A stretch of 64,000 bases of DNA from Parachlamydiales bacterium (lineage in GTDB: Bacteria > Chlamydiota > Chlamydiia > Chlamydiales > SM23-39), in the NCBI GenBank assembly GCA_050302075.1, contig JBNLAH010000002.1:96001-160000 (forward strand), in the 5' to 3' direction. Each line of letters opens with the position of its first letter. The first letter of the stretch is position 1. Below are positions 28,292 through 39,787 of the stretch, piece by piece. A model generated the notes under the pieces. That model was not told where the DNA came from. It did not search any database and saw only the letters and a list, made by a program, of their open reading frames with translations. The position numbers and the translations under genes are program-made.

Positions 28292-29113
28292 TTATTTTTT
28301 CTTAGATAAAGCGTACCAAAATGGCAGAGCTACAAAGCAAGACCCGCCAATAATGTTTCCTATGGTGGCTGGTAAAATATTCCATATAAGCGCAATTATC
28401 CATCCAGGCTCGTTATCAACTGCCATTGAAATTGAAAAAAGCCCCATGTTTGCAGCTGTGTGTTGGAAGTTCGCAGCTGTAAATAAAGTAACGGCCAAGA
28501 AAATTGGTATGAACTTACCAATAACAGTTTTGCACATCATTCCAAAAAATGCGGCCATTCCAACTATCCAGTTTCCTAAAATTCCAGAGAGTACAATTTG
28601 AAGCCAACTGTTAAAGCCTCCTAAACTATAATATCTCATTTTCTCGCTGATTAGATCTCTTAAAAGATTTCTAACATCCTCTGCATATTCTTGAGAATTA
28701 TGTATAAGCCATCCAACAATTAGGGCTCCCAAGAAATTTCCAGTCCAAGCTTTTACCCACATCCTAAGCGCTCCATTAATAATTTTGGGCTTTGGATTAT
28801 GTAAGATACTTGCTGGTAGAAGCACATTAGCCTCAGTAAATAGAACAGAGTGGGTCAAAATAACAAAGAAAAACCCAGATGAATAACCTAACCCCTCGAG
28901 TAACTTTGCAGGCCCTATTGAGCTTACTCCAGCAGATAAAAGAACAGATAATAATGCTCCGAGCGATACAAAACACCCTCCCATAATAGATAAAACAAAT
29001 ACCTTAGTAGGTGGGATTTCAAAAATAAACCTAGTAGAATGATCATACATTGAACGTATAACATATTCTGGAGATAAATAGCTTGGAGCTTGTACTCGTT
29101 CTTCTGATTTCAT
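28292..29113 (-). CDS. Formate/nitrite transporter (FNT) family
   Basis: LFTEAN, GNFLGA, GILGNWIV, FQHTAANM, TIGNIIGG. Confidence 0.9.
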   Translation of the reverse strand: MKSEERVQAPSYLSPEYVIRSMYDHSTRFIFEIPPTKVFVLSIMGGCFVSLGALLSVLLSAGVSSIGPAKLLEGLGYSSGFFFVILTHSVLFTEANVLLPASILHNPKPKIINGALRMWVKAWTGNFLGALIVGWLIHNSQEYAEDVRNLLRDLISEKMRYYSLGGFNSWLQIVLSGILGNWIVGMAAFFGMMCKTVIGKFIPIFLAVTLFTAANFQHTAANMGLFSISMAVDNEPGWIIALIWNILPATIGNIIGGSCFVALPFWYALSKKK

Positions 29114-29221
29114 TTTCTACCTTAATTTTCTTAATAGATTAAATCCCTTTATTTGTGAATGAAAAGCCCCTTTTCTTTAAAAAAAAGCCTTTTTCAGCTA
29201 GAAGTCAATTAAGGGAAGTCT

Positions 29222-30682
29222 ATGAACTATTTAACGAAATTATATATTAGCTTTATTGGGATAATTTTTTTCACAACTTTTATTACCACGGGCTTTATTT
29301 ACTATGAAAACAGAGTTTTTTTATTTAACGAGTTGAAAAGCAAAGTTTTATCAATAGCTTCTACCACTGCTGCTTTAATAGATGTAGAAGGTATAGATTC
29401 TATTAGATCTCCAGAAGATACTGATAGCAGCGCGTTTCAAAAATTAAAAAGTGAGCTCATTTTAGCAAGTAATATTAACCGGAGAGAAGATGTTTATTTA
29501 CTTAATACTTATCTATTGAGGCCAGGAAATAATAAAACCCAAGATGTAGAGTATATAATTGACTCGACATTCGATCCCAAAGTATCAGTTTTGCCTGGTG
29601 AAAAGTACCACGGAAATGAAAACCTTTTTTATAACTTAAGAAACTATTATGTTCCTGGGAATTTCATTAAAGATAATTGGGGAGAAGTCTTATCTGCATA
29701 TGCTCCGGTTTATGATAATGAAGGCAACTACTTGGCAACAATCGGAGTTAATGTAAGAGCTACTGATATTTCTGATAAACTATGGGACTTGCTCTTGTTA
29801 GGGCTTGTTGCATTTTGTTCAGCGACAGCATTGAGTTTGATAATTGCTGTTATATTTTCAAAGATCATTTCTAATAATTTGCATAAGCTCCAAGATGATG
29901 TGAATAAAATCGGTAAAGGAGATCTAGATCATAAAGTAACTATTGATACTGAAGATGAGTTCAATGAGCTTGCATGTGCCATTAATCATATGACTGAAGG
30001 CTTAAAAGAAAGAGAAAAAGTAAAATCTAGTTTTGCTAAATATGTCTCTAAAGAAGTGCTAGAAAAAATACTATCTTCAAAAGGAGATATCAAGCTAGAA
30101 GGAGAAAGAAAAAAAGTAACTATGCTTTTCTCTGATATTCCTCAATTTACCAAAATCGCCGAAAGCATGGAGCCGGAAGATGTCGTTTCTTTATTAAATG
30201 ATTATTTTTCTAACATGTTAGATGTTATAATCGAATTTGATGGGACGATTGATAAATTCATCGGAGAGGGGATTATGGTTGAATTTGGAGCTCCTGTTTC
30301 TGATCCCTCTCAAGAGATAAAAGCTGTAAAAGCTGCCATTAAAATGCATCTGGTATTATCAGACCTTTTAGAAAAATGGTTAAAAGAAGGTAGACCGCAG
30401 ATAAAAATGTGTGTAGGGATACACACAGGTGATGCTGTTGTTGGAAACGTTGGGTCTGATAAAAGAATGGAATACACAGCAATTGGAGACACCGTCAACA
30501 CTGCATCAAGACTAGTCGAGCTTTCAAAAGAAAAGAAATTAAAAATTCTGATAAGTGAACAAATATATGAAAAAATTAAAGATGAATATGCAGCAGATTC
30601 GCTTGGAAAAATTCTCTTATCAGGAAAAACAAAGGAAACATTGGTCTATTCAATAGACCCATTTCAGGGAAGAAAATCATGA
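29222..30682 (+). CDS. Membrane class III adenylate cyclase (TM-sensor-TM-HAMP-cyclase)
   Basis: DEFNELA HAMP; VTMLFSDI, DKFIGE, GIHTG, EYTAIGDTVNTASRL. Confidence 0.92.
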   Translation: MNYLTKLYISFIGIIFFTTFITTGFIYYENRVFLFNELKSKVLSIASTTAALIDVEGIDSIRSPEDTDSSAFQKLKSELILASNINRREDVYLLNTYLLRPGNNKTQDVEYIIDSTFDPKVSVLPGEKYHGNENLFYNLRNYYVPGNFIKDNWGEVLSAYAPVYDNEGNYLATIGVNVRATDISDKLWDLLLLGLVAFCSATALSLIIAVIFSKIISNNLHKLQDDVNKIGKGDLDHKVTIDTEDEFNELACAINHMTEGLKEREKVKSSFAKYVSKEVLEKILSSKGDIKLEGERKKVTMLFSDIPQFTKIAESMEPEDVVSLLNDYFSNMLDVIIEFDGTIDKFIGEGIMVEFGAPVSDPSQEIKAVKAAIKMHLVLSDLLEKWLKEGRPQIKMCVGIHTGDAVVGNVGSDKRMEYTAIGDTVNTASRLVELSKEKKLKILISEQIYEKIKDEYAADSLGKILLSGKTKETLVYSIDPFQGRKS

Positions 30683-31284
30683 AGAATATTTTTGTCAGGG
30701 GATTAATAACAATAGCGCCACTTGCAATAACTATCGCTTTGCTTGTTTGGATATTTTCAGCACTAGAAAGTATTTTTAAAGTGCCGCTTCAAGCAGTAGT
30801 TGGCCAGTATTATTTTCCTGGGTTGGGTGTTTTAGTTGCCCTAGTCTTAATATTTTTTATTGGAATGATCATTAACAATTTCTTAATTCAGAAAGTCTAC
30901 AAGTTTGGAGAGGACATTTTAAAGCACATTCCATTGGTTAAAACGTTATATAATTCAGTTTCAGAACTTATGCGCTTTTTTAGGGCAAATTCTAAAGAGG
31001 ATTTTGGGCAGGTAGTTTTATTGGATTTTAATGGATTTAGCATTATTGGATTTGTAACTCGTGAAAATTTAGACGAAATTGACCCTAAACTCGGCAAAAG
31101 CAAAGAAGTTGCTGTATATATTCCTTTCAGCTACCAGATTGGCGGGTATACTTTTTTTGTTGAAAGGTCCAAATTAACTCCGCTGAATATGACTGTTGAT
31201 AAAGCTATGAAAATTGCTATCACCGCAGGGATTTTAAAAGAGGCTCAAGCTAAAAAAAAGGAAATTAGTGATAATCCTTCTTAA
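30679..31284 (+). CDS. DUF502 family membrane protein
   Basis: IPLVKTLY, IGFVT, VYIPFSYQIGGYT, MTVDKAMK. Confidence 0.88.
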   Translation: MKNIFVRGLITIAPLAITIALLVWIFSALESIFKVPLQAVVGQYYFPGLGVLVALVLIFFIGMIINNFLIQKVYKFGEDILKHIPLVKTLYNSVSELMRFFRANSKEDFGQVVLLDFNGFSIIGFVTRENLDEIDPKLGKSKEVAVYIPFSYQIGGYTFFVERSKLTPLNMTVDKAMKIAITAGILKEAQAKKKEISDNPS

Positions 31285-31846
31285 GGTGGCTGGTATCATT
31301 TAACAGCTTTAAAATTGGCTCATTATGCTCATATCCTAAAATTGAAACACAAGCATTTGATGAAGAAAAATATCTTCCTTCTTTAGCTGTTAAGTTAAGC
31401 CAGCTAGCAATAATAACTCTTGAAAAATGTCCATGGGTAAAAATTATGACATCTCCTTTTATCTTTGATAATTTTTTGACCATGCTATGTCCGCGCTTAG
31501 TTACAGCATCAACAGACTCACCACCATCGCACCCATATTTAAATACACTCCAACCAGGAATTTTTTCTTGGATTTGCTTTGTAGTCAGCCCTTCAAAATC
31601 ACCATAATTCCATTCAACTAAATCATTTTCAACAGTTCCTTCAAAGCCGGCAAGCTCGCAAGTTTTTTTTGCTCTTTTGTAAGGGGATGTTAAAACAGCT
31701 GAAAATTTTTTATCCTTTAGCCTGTTTTTTAACAAGTTTGCTTGCTTTATTCCATTCTCAGTAAGAGGGATATCTGTGTAGCTAGTATGTTGTTTTGTGA
31801 CATTCCACTCAGTTTCACCATGCCTGCAGATGTATATCTTTTGCAT
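31265..31846 (-). CDS. Histidine phosphatase (phosphoglycerate mutase family)
   Basis: RHGETEWN, EWNYGDFEG, FTHGH; start chosen at MQKIY. Confidence 0.92.
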   Translation of the reverse strand: MQKIYICRHGETEWNVTKQHTSYTDIPLTENGIKQANLLKNRLKDKKFSAVLTSPYKRAKKTCELAGFEGTVENDLVEWNYGDFEGLTTKQIQEKIPGWSVFKYGCDGGESVDAVTKRGHSMVKKLSKIKGDVIIFTHGHFSRVIIASWLNLTAKEGRYFSSSNACVSILGYEHNEPILKLLNDTSHLKKDYH

Positions 31847-31916
31847 TTTTTCTTTTCCTTTATTCCTTTTCCATAGCACAATAGTTCTAACAATTCAAAA
31901 AAAAATGGAGGATACC

Positions 31917-32099
31917 ATGTCTGAAATACTTGTAGTTGCTAGTAAAGTTAAATCATACATTAAAGATAAAGGCTTTAGCACATCTGCTGCAGTTATGGAA
32001 GAGCTAACAAAAATTGTTAGAAATGCTTGTGATAAGGCAATAGAAAATGCTGAAAAAGCTAAGAGAAAAACTGTAATGGATAGAGACTTTGAAGAGTAG
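31917..32099 (+). CDS. Bacterial histone-fold protein (Bd0055-like singlet)
   Basis: MSEILVVASKVKSYIK...TSAAVMEEL...A...A...RKTVMDRDF; GGAGG SD at 31907-31911. Confidence 0.88.
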   Translation: MSEILVVASKVKSYIKDKGFSTSAAVMEELTKIVRNACDKAIENAEKAKRKTVMDRDFEE

Positions 32100-32104
32100 A
32101 TATC

Positions 32105-32641
32105 ATGTTTCGAAAAATATTTTTTCTATTAATGTTAACTTTAGGTGTTACGTTGTCTGCAAAAAATGATCAAACCGTGGTTTTAGAAACTACTTGTGGT
32201 AGCATTCATATTAAATTGTTTTCAGATGTTGCTCCGAAGGCATGTGAAAATTTTATTAAACTTGTTAATAAGGGCTACTATAATGGAACAATTTTTCATA
32301 GAGTTATTAAAGACTTTATGATTCAGGGAGGTGATCCACAAGGATCTGGCCTAGGTGGCGAGTCTATTTGGGGTAAACCGTTTCAAGATGAAGTTATCGC
32401 AGATGTAGCTTTTGATAAGCCTGGGCTGCTTGCGATGGCCAATCGAGGACCAAATACAAACGGATCTCAATTTTTCATCACAACAGCTGAAACCCCTTGG
32501 TTAAATATGCGGCATACAATTTTTGGAAAGATAACCAAAGGATATGATGTCGTAAAAAAAATTAGTGAATCTGAAACTGACTCTAGGGATAGACCTTTGG
32601 AGTCTCAAAAAATCACTAAGGCGTATGTGCTCGGGAATTAA
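32105..32641 (+). CDS. Cyclophilin-type peptidyl-prolyl isomerase with signal peptide
   Basis: FHRVIKDFMIQGGDP, AMANRGPNTNGSQFFIT, HTIFG. Confidence 0.95.
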   Translation: MFRKIFFLLMLTLGVTLSAKNDQTVVLETTCGSIHIKLFSDVAPKACENFIKLVNKGYYNGTIFHRVIKDFMIQGGDPQGSGLGGESIWGKPFQDEVIADVAFDKPGLLAMANRGPNTNGSQFFITTAETPWLNMRHTIFGKITKGYDVVKKISESETDSRDRPLESQKITKAYVLGN

Positions 32642-33312
32642 TTTCCCGAGTTTTTCTTAGAATTTGAGCTAATGTGCGGTGCAATGACTTGATCCGACTT
32701 TGTGTCATCTAAAAGGTTGTCAAGTCCTAATCTGCTAAATACAGCTCTTACAATTGTATTAAATATCATCTTGTCTATTTTATTAATTGGAAATCCAAGC
32801 TCTTGGTTTATGTTGAAGAACTCCATTTTATTAATAGGTGGGTATTTAACAACTTTTCCATTATGGTCAGTCACTTGTATTACAATATTTTCAACTGTTA
32901 CTTTTTTTATTAGATAGTTTTTTTTGATTTTCCACTTTGGGCTAGTATCACTTAAAAGAAGCTGCCAGTTATTTTTTGTGCCTGATTCATTAAAATATTC
33001 AACAGCAATCAAGGTGTCTTTGAATGAAATAGAGTCAATAACTAAGGGATTTTTTGTAATTTCTTTTAATGATGTGTCAATATTTATCTCTTCTACCCCA
33101 AAGGAAATATTAGTTCTTGATTGTGGAGCATTCCCAATAAACAAATCCTTTAGAGTCATACAGTTTTTGGAAAAATCAAGGCTATATAGACGTACAGGCA
33201 TATTATTTAGTTGTTTAGATAGCAGTTTCTCAAATAGTAAGTTTTTATAGGTCCAGCCAAAGAATCCAGTACTTATAATTAATAAGATGCTAACGAAGAG
33301 AGTTCTTTTCAT
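32638..33312 (-). CDS. AsmA-like N-terminally anchored protein
   Basis: N-terminal TM; paralogous to 33433-34101 (NNWQLLL / NNWSQIL; ELGFP / KEGFP). Confidence 0.55.
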   Translation of the reverse strand: MKRTLFVSILLIISTGFFGWTYKNLLFEKLLSKQLNNMPVRLYSLDFSKNCMTLKDLFIGNAPQSRTNISFGVEEINIDTSLKEITKNPLVIDSISFKDTLIAVEYFNESGTKNNWQLLLSDTSPKWKIKKNYLIKKVTVENIVIQVTDHNGKVVKYPPINKMEFFNINQELGFPINKIDKMIFNTIVRAVFSRLGLDNLLDDTKSDQVIAPHISSNSKKNSGN

Positions 33313-33432
33313 CTTTTTTCCTTTTCTTTTTTGTTATAAGAAAAAATTCTTTTAGAAAAAGGATTATATTTAACTTAATCAATTAAGTAGTTATGAAGAG
33401 CTTAAGAAAGTGTATAAATTGGGAAGCAATAA

Positions 33433-34101
33433 ATGAGGAAGAAGATATATTTATCAACTGCTGGAATAGTTGTTGTTGCGGTCTTATCTTTAATAGTTGC
33501 AATTTTACTGCTAAAGGCTCCTATTATTTCATCATATTTATCTCATAAGCTTGGTGTAAATGTTTCAATGAGATCTGTCAGTATCTCAACAAGTGGAATG
33601 AAGATAAATAAGTTTAAAATTAATAATCCAATAGGTGCTAGGACAAATACCGCCCTTTCAGCTCAGAATATAGATGTTGGCTATCAGTGGAAAGAGCTAA
33701 GAGCAGATCCAGGAGTAATAGAGGACATAGAACTGAATAATGTGTTTCTTGGTATTGAATTGTATAATTCTAGCGGATCTAGAAACAATTGGAGTCAAAT
33801 ACTTGCCACAGTTGATGATAATCAAGATAAAGATGCAAAAGAAATGGTAATCAAACGCCTTGTTATAAAAAATTTATCAGTTAGCGTTAGAGGTAAAGGA
33901 ATTTTTTCCTCATGGCAAAAAATTAAAGAGATCCCACGACTTGAATTTAGAAATATTAGTAGTAAAGAAGGTTTCCCAACAGAGAAACTGATCGAGCAAA
34001 TATTTGATGAAGCAAATCTAGGTACTTATATTAAAGAACTAATAAAGCAACCTGTAAAGGTTCTTGATAAAGTTTTTTCGCCTTTTACCGATAAAAAATA
34101 A
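33433..34101 (+). CDS. AsmA-like N-terminally anchored protein
   Basis: N-terminal TM; KLGVNVS, INNP, IEDIELNN, NNWSQI. Confidence 0.6.
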   Translation: MRKKIYLSTAGIVVVAVLSLIVAILLLKAPIISSYLSHKLGVNVSMRSVSISTSGMKINKFKINNPIGARTNTALSAQNIDVGYQWKELRADPGVIEDIELNNVFLGIELYNSSGSRNNWSQILATVDDNQDKDAKEMVIKRLVIKNLSVSVRGKGIFSSWQKIKEIPRLEFRNISSKEGFPTEKLIEQIFDEANLGTYIKELIKQPVKVLDKVFSPFTDKK

Positions 34102-34126
34102 AGGCATCCTTGAAAGGATGCCTTTT
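34100..34126. terminator. Bidirectional intrinsic terminator
   Basis: AAAGGCATCCT-tgaa-AGGATGCCTTTT between convergent genes. Confidence 0.85.
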
Positions 34127-34138
34127 ATGGAAGAGTAA

Positions 34139-36102
<1,964 letters not shown>

Positions 36103-36149
36103 TGTAAACCCTCCAATTAAGTTAGGTTGTGTTTTAATTTTTCATGAAA

Positions 36150-36178
36150 ACCATACAAAATTTTCTTTTTTTTTGCAA
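36150..36178 (-). promoter_or_regulatory. Primary-sigma promoter of groESL
   Basis: TTGCAA-N17-TATGGT on the minus strand, adjacent to CIRCE. Confidence 0.6.
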
Positions 36179-36184
36179 TAAAAA

Positions 36185-36211
36185 TTAGCAAAACAAGTTA
36201 TAGATTGCTAA
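36185..36211. promoter_or_regulatory. CIRCE element (HrcA operator)
   Basis: Minus strand TTAGCAATC-N9-TTTTGCTAA vs consensus TTAGCACTC-N9-GAGTGCTAA, upstream of groES. Confidence 0.85.
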
Positions 36212-36290
36212 ACAAGTTTTATTAAAGGAAAATCTTTCAAGTAACTGCTAGAATCATTAGTATTAAATCAATAATGCAGCAGGAGAAAAT

Positions 36291-38120
36291 ATGATTAAAG
36301 AAAGAAAAGATTTAACACCGGAAATGATGTGGAATGTTGATGAACTTTATTTATCATGGGAAGAATGGGAAAATGACTTTAAGAAATTATCCACAAGTGA
36401 AAACTTTCCAAAATGGCCTCAAATTAATAATTTAAAAGGAAGCTTGCAAGAGTCAGCTCAAACACTTGCAAAGCTGTTAAATTATTATTTCACTATAGAA
36501 AGGCTAATTGAAAAATTGTTTACTTATGCTCATTTACGATTAGATGAGGATCTAGGTGATGACAAGTCAAAAAATGCTTATGGTAAAATTTTAGCTGTGT
36601 CGCATGAATTTAGATTTGAAACATCTTGGATTGAGCCTCAAATTCTTGAAATACCAGACCAGGTTTTTAAAAACTTTTTGAAAGATGATAATTTAAGACC
36701 ATATTTATTTTTTCTTGAGAAAGTCTATCGCTTAAAACCACATACTCTATCGCTTAAAGAAGAAGAACTTTTAGCCCTTAGCTCTAAATCTTTAGATGCA
36801 GCACATAAAGCATTTAGTGCATTTAATGACGCTGACCTTAAATTTGAAAAAGTAAAAGACTCAAATAACAAAGAACATGAGCTTACCAATGGGCTTTACT
36901 CCAATTATTTAAGAAATAGAGACCGAACCTTAAGAAAAAATTCATTCGAGGTATTGCATTCTACTTACACAGAATATGAAAATACATTAGCTGAATTGCT
37001 TCAAGGGCAGTTAATGAATCACTTATATATATCGCGTGCCCGTAAATATGACAGCTGCCTTAACTGCGCTCTTAACGCCCATAATATTGACCCCAAGGTA
37101 TATCATAACCTGATTGAGCAAACGCGTAAAAAATTATCATCTTTGCACCGCTATGTTTCAATTAGAAAAAAAATAATGAAATTAGATGAGATGCATTTGT
37201 ACGACCTATATGCTCCCTTAGTAGAAGAAGTTGACCTTAAATGGAGCTATGAAGAGGCTTGTGATCTAGTTATAGACTCTGTAGCCCCTCTTGGAGATGA
37301 ATATCAAAATGTTTTAAGAAAAGGGCTTTTAGAGGATAGATGGGTAGATCCTTTTGAAAATGCTAGAAAGCGCTCCGGGGCATATTCTAGCGGATGTTAT
37401 GATAGCATGCCCTATATTCTTATGAATTTTCACGGCTCACTAAACGATGTTTTAACTCTAGCTCATGAAGCCGGCCACAGTATGCATTCTTATCTTAGTC
37501 ATGAAAACCAAAGCTTTCAAGATTCACAGTATCCAATTTTTGTAGCTGAGGTTGCGTCTACTTTTAATGAGCAGCTTTTACTTCAACATCTAATGAAAAA
37601 GTATAAAGATCCTAAAATTCAAACTTTTATTTTGAACTATAGGGTTGAAGGAATTAGGACAACTTTTTTTAGACAGGCGATGTTTGCTGAATTCGAGTTA
37701 AAAATGCACGAACTAGTAGAAAAACAAGTTCCACTAACCCCATCTCTTTTAAAGTCTAGTTATTTAGAATTGAACAAAAATTATTTTGGAAAAGATATTA
37801 TTATCGATGAAAATATCTCAATTGAGTGGGCTAGGATACCGCATTTTTATTATAATTTCTATGTTTACCAATATTCTACGGGGATTAGTGCAGCTTTTGC
37901 TTTATTTAAAAAAGTAAAATCATCTCCTAATGCAAGAGAAAATTATCTGACATTTTTAAAATCTGGTGGTAGTAAGTATCCGCTTGACCTTTTAAAAACA
38001 GCTGGGGTTGATATGCTCCAAAGTAGTGCAATAAATGCTATTTTAGATGATTTTGATAGTATGTTAGATTCGCTAGAAACTATAGTTCAAGGAGAGGAGT
38101 TTAAAATAGGCTCCATTTAA
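36291..38120 (+). CDS. pepF: Oligoendopeptidase F (M3B)
   Basis: KRSGAYS, TLAHEAGHSMHS, AEVASTFNE, WARIPHFY. Confidence 0.96.
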   Translation: MIKERKDLTPEMMWNVDELYLSWEEWENDFKKLSTSENFPKWPQINNLKGSLQESAQTLAKLLNYYFTIERLIEKLFTYAHLRLDEDLGDDKSKNAYGKILAVSHEFRFETSWIEPQILEIPDQVFKNFLKDDNLRPYLFFLEKVYRLKPHTLSLKEEELLALSSKSLDAAHKAFSAFNDADLKFEKVKDSNNKEHELTNGLYSNYLRNRDRTLRKNSFEVLHSTYTEYENTLAELLQGQLMNHLYISRARKYDSCLNCALNAHNIDPKVYHNLIEQTRKKLSSLHRYVSIRKKIMKLDEMHLYDLYAPLVEEVDLKWSYEEACDLVIDSVAPLGDEYQNVLRKGLLEDRWVDPFENARKRSGAYSSGCYDSMPYILMNFHGSLNDVLTLAHEAGHSMHSYLSHENQSFQDSQYPIFVAEVASTFNEQLLLQHLMKKYKDPKIQTFILNYRVEGIRTTFFRQAMFAEFELKMHELVEKQVPLTPSLLKSSYLELNKNYFGKDIIIDENISIEWARIPHFYYNFYVYQYSTGISAAFALFKKVKSSPNARENYLTFLKSGGSKYPLDLLKTAGVDMLQSSAINAILDDFDSMLDSLETIVQGEEFKIGSI

Positions 38121-38201
38121 AAATTATTGTAAAAAAACTACGGCTGAAGTATTAATATTCTACGGGTTTCGCCTCATCTTTTAACTTCAGTAAAGATCAA
38201 T

Positions 38202-38483
38202 ATGAGAGACAACAGAGCTGTAGCTACATTTATAATAGTTAATGAAAAAGGCCTTCATACAAGGCCTTCTACAGAACTTGTTAAATGTGCTTCAGCTTTC
38301 AGATCTCACATACAGCTTTATTTTAGAGAGTACGTAGTGAACGCTAAGTCATTGTTAGGAATTTTGATGCTAGCTGCTTCTAAAGGATCTAAAATAAAAG
38401 TTGAAGCAATTGGTGCTGATGCAGAACAGGCTGTTGCTGAAATTTTAAAATTAGCTAGTAATAAGTTTAATATGAGATACTAG
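38202..38483 (+). CDS. ptsH: Phosphocarrier protein HPr
   Basis: GLHTRP, NAKSLLGILML. Confidence 0.95.
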   Translation: MRDNRAVATFIIVNEKGLHTRPSTELVKCASAFRSHIQLYFREYVVNAKSLLGILMLAASKGSKIKVEAIGADAEQAVAEILKLASNKFNMRY

Positions 38484-39160
38484 TTAATAATTTTAGTTTC
38501 TCTATTTTCAAAACCGATGATTACACGCTTTGCTATGTTAAAGAAAAAACCAGTATCTACAACACCTGGAATAGCTTTAATTCTAGAATGGATATTTTCA
38601 GGAGAATCTTTTGAGTCAAAGATATCTACATCTAAAATATAGTTTCCATTATCAGTGATAAGAAGAGAGTTATTTTCATTTTTTCTGAATGAAGATAAGA
38701 AATTCATTTTCTCTAAAGTGGATTTCACATGAGTATATCCAAAAGGAAGCACTTCTACAGGTAATTTTCTTTTCCCTAATTTGCTTACGACTTTAGTTTC
38801 ATCAACTATTGCAACCATTTCCTTACTTGAAACGGCTAGGATTTTTTCTCTTACGTGAGCACCGCCGCCGCCTTTTATCATTCTTTTTTCACCATCAATT
38901 TCATCTGCTCCATCAACTGTAATATCGATTTGAGGGACTTCATCGATTTTTTTTATTAGGATGTTTCCTTTTTTGGCAATTTCTTCAGATCTTTTGGAAC
39001 TACTGACAGCGATAATATTGAGTCCATTTTTTACTTCTTCAATCAGGTAGGAAATAAAATACTCAGATGTAGACCCGCTACCCAATCCGACAATTGTATT
39101 AGGTTTGATAAATTTAATTGCTGCCTTAGCTGCATTTTTCTTAGCTATATCATGTGACAT
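38480..39160 (-). CDS. rpiA: Ribose-5-phosphate isomerase A
   Basis: GLGSGST, DGADE, KGGGG, TDNGN. Confidence 0.97.
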   Translation of the reverse strand: MSHDIAKKNAAKAAIKFIKPNTIVGLGSGSTSEYFISYLIEEVKNGLNIIAVSSSKRSEEIAKKGNILIKKIDEVPQIDITVDGADEIDGEKRMIKGGGGAHVREKILAVSSKEMVAIVDETKVVSKLGKRKLPVEVLPFGYTHVKSTLEKMNFLSSFRKNENNSLLITDNGNYILDVDIFDSKDSPENIHSRIKAIPGVVDTGFFFNIAKRVIIGFENRETKIIN

Positions 39161-39245
39161 GCGTCAAAAAATATCATAAGAAAAAATTCATTGGAATTAT
39201 TAATTTGTATTTATTACTCTAACAAAAGGTTCTAGGAGTAAAATT

Positions 39246-39659
39246 ATGCCAAATAGCGTTTGTAATGATTCAAGAAGTGAAGTAGAAAACTTACAATTTA
39301 ATGTTGGAAATAATCTATCACCAACAGATAAAAAAATAGGAACCTGTAGAGGAACGATTAATAACTGTGAAGATCCTAGCCCAAAAACTACTAGAATGAT
39401 AAAAAAAATCGAATATATGCTAGAAAAAGAGAAAGCGAACTTCACAGAAAAAGAAGTAAAAAGATGTAAAGAGTCTAATAGAAACTGGCTAGCTACAGGA
39501 AAAAGAGAGCTGGTAGATAGAGAATGTATGGCGTTATTCAATGAAAATAAAGACTCAGCTCCTGACAGTAAAGCTATTCAAGAGTACAGAAGACAGATAG
39601 AAGAGCAATTTCATAGAGAAAGGGAAAGGATTAAAGTTTTGTTAAACCAGAAAGCTTAA
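39246..39659 (+). CDS. Hypothetical charged protein
   Basis: SD AGGAG; 137-aa ORF with helical C-terminus; no family recognised. Confidence 0.55.
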   Translation: MPNSVCNDSRSEVENLQFNVGNNLSPTDKKIGTCRGTINNCEDPSPKTTRMIKKIEYMLEKEKANFTEKEVKRCKESNRNWLATGKRELVDRECMALFNENKDSAPDSKAIQEYRRQIEEQFHRERERIKVLLNQKA

Positions 39660-39787
39660 TTTTTTTAAACCAACAAAAAAAAAGATCTTAAACTTTTAAA
39701 AATAATCAAATTTTTAAAATTCACATATTAATTGATTGAAATTACAATCCATAATAGCCTATTTATAAAAAATGCTAAGTAATAGTT

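Noticed and set aside
31797..31916. N-terminal 40 aa of the 100-aa ORF call
   Set aside because: Overlaps the opposite-strand phosphatase; the SD and histone similarity both start at 31917
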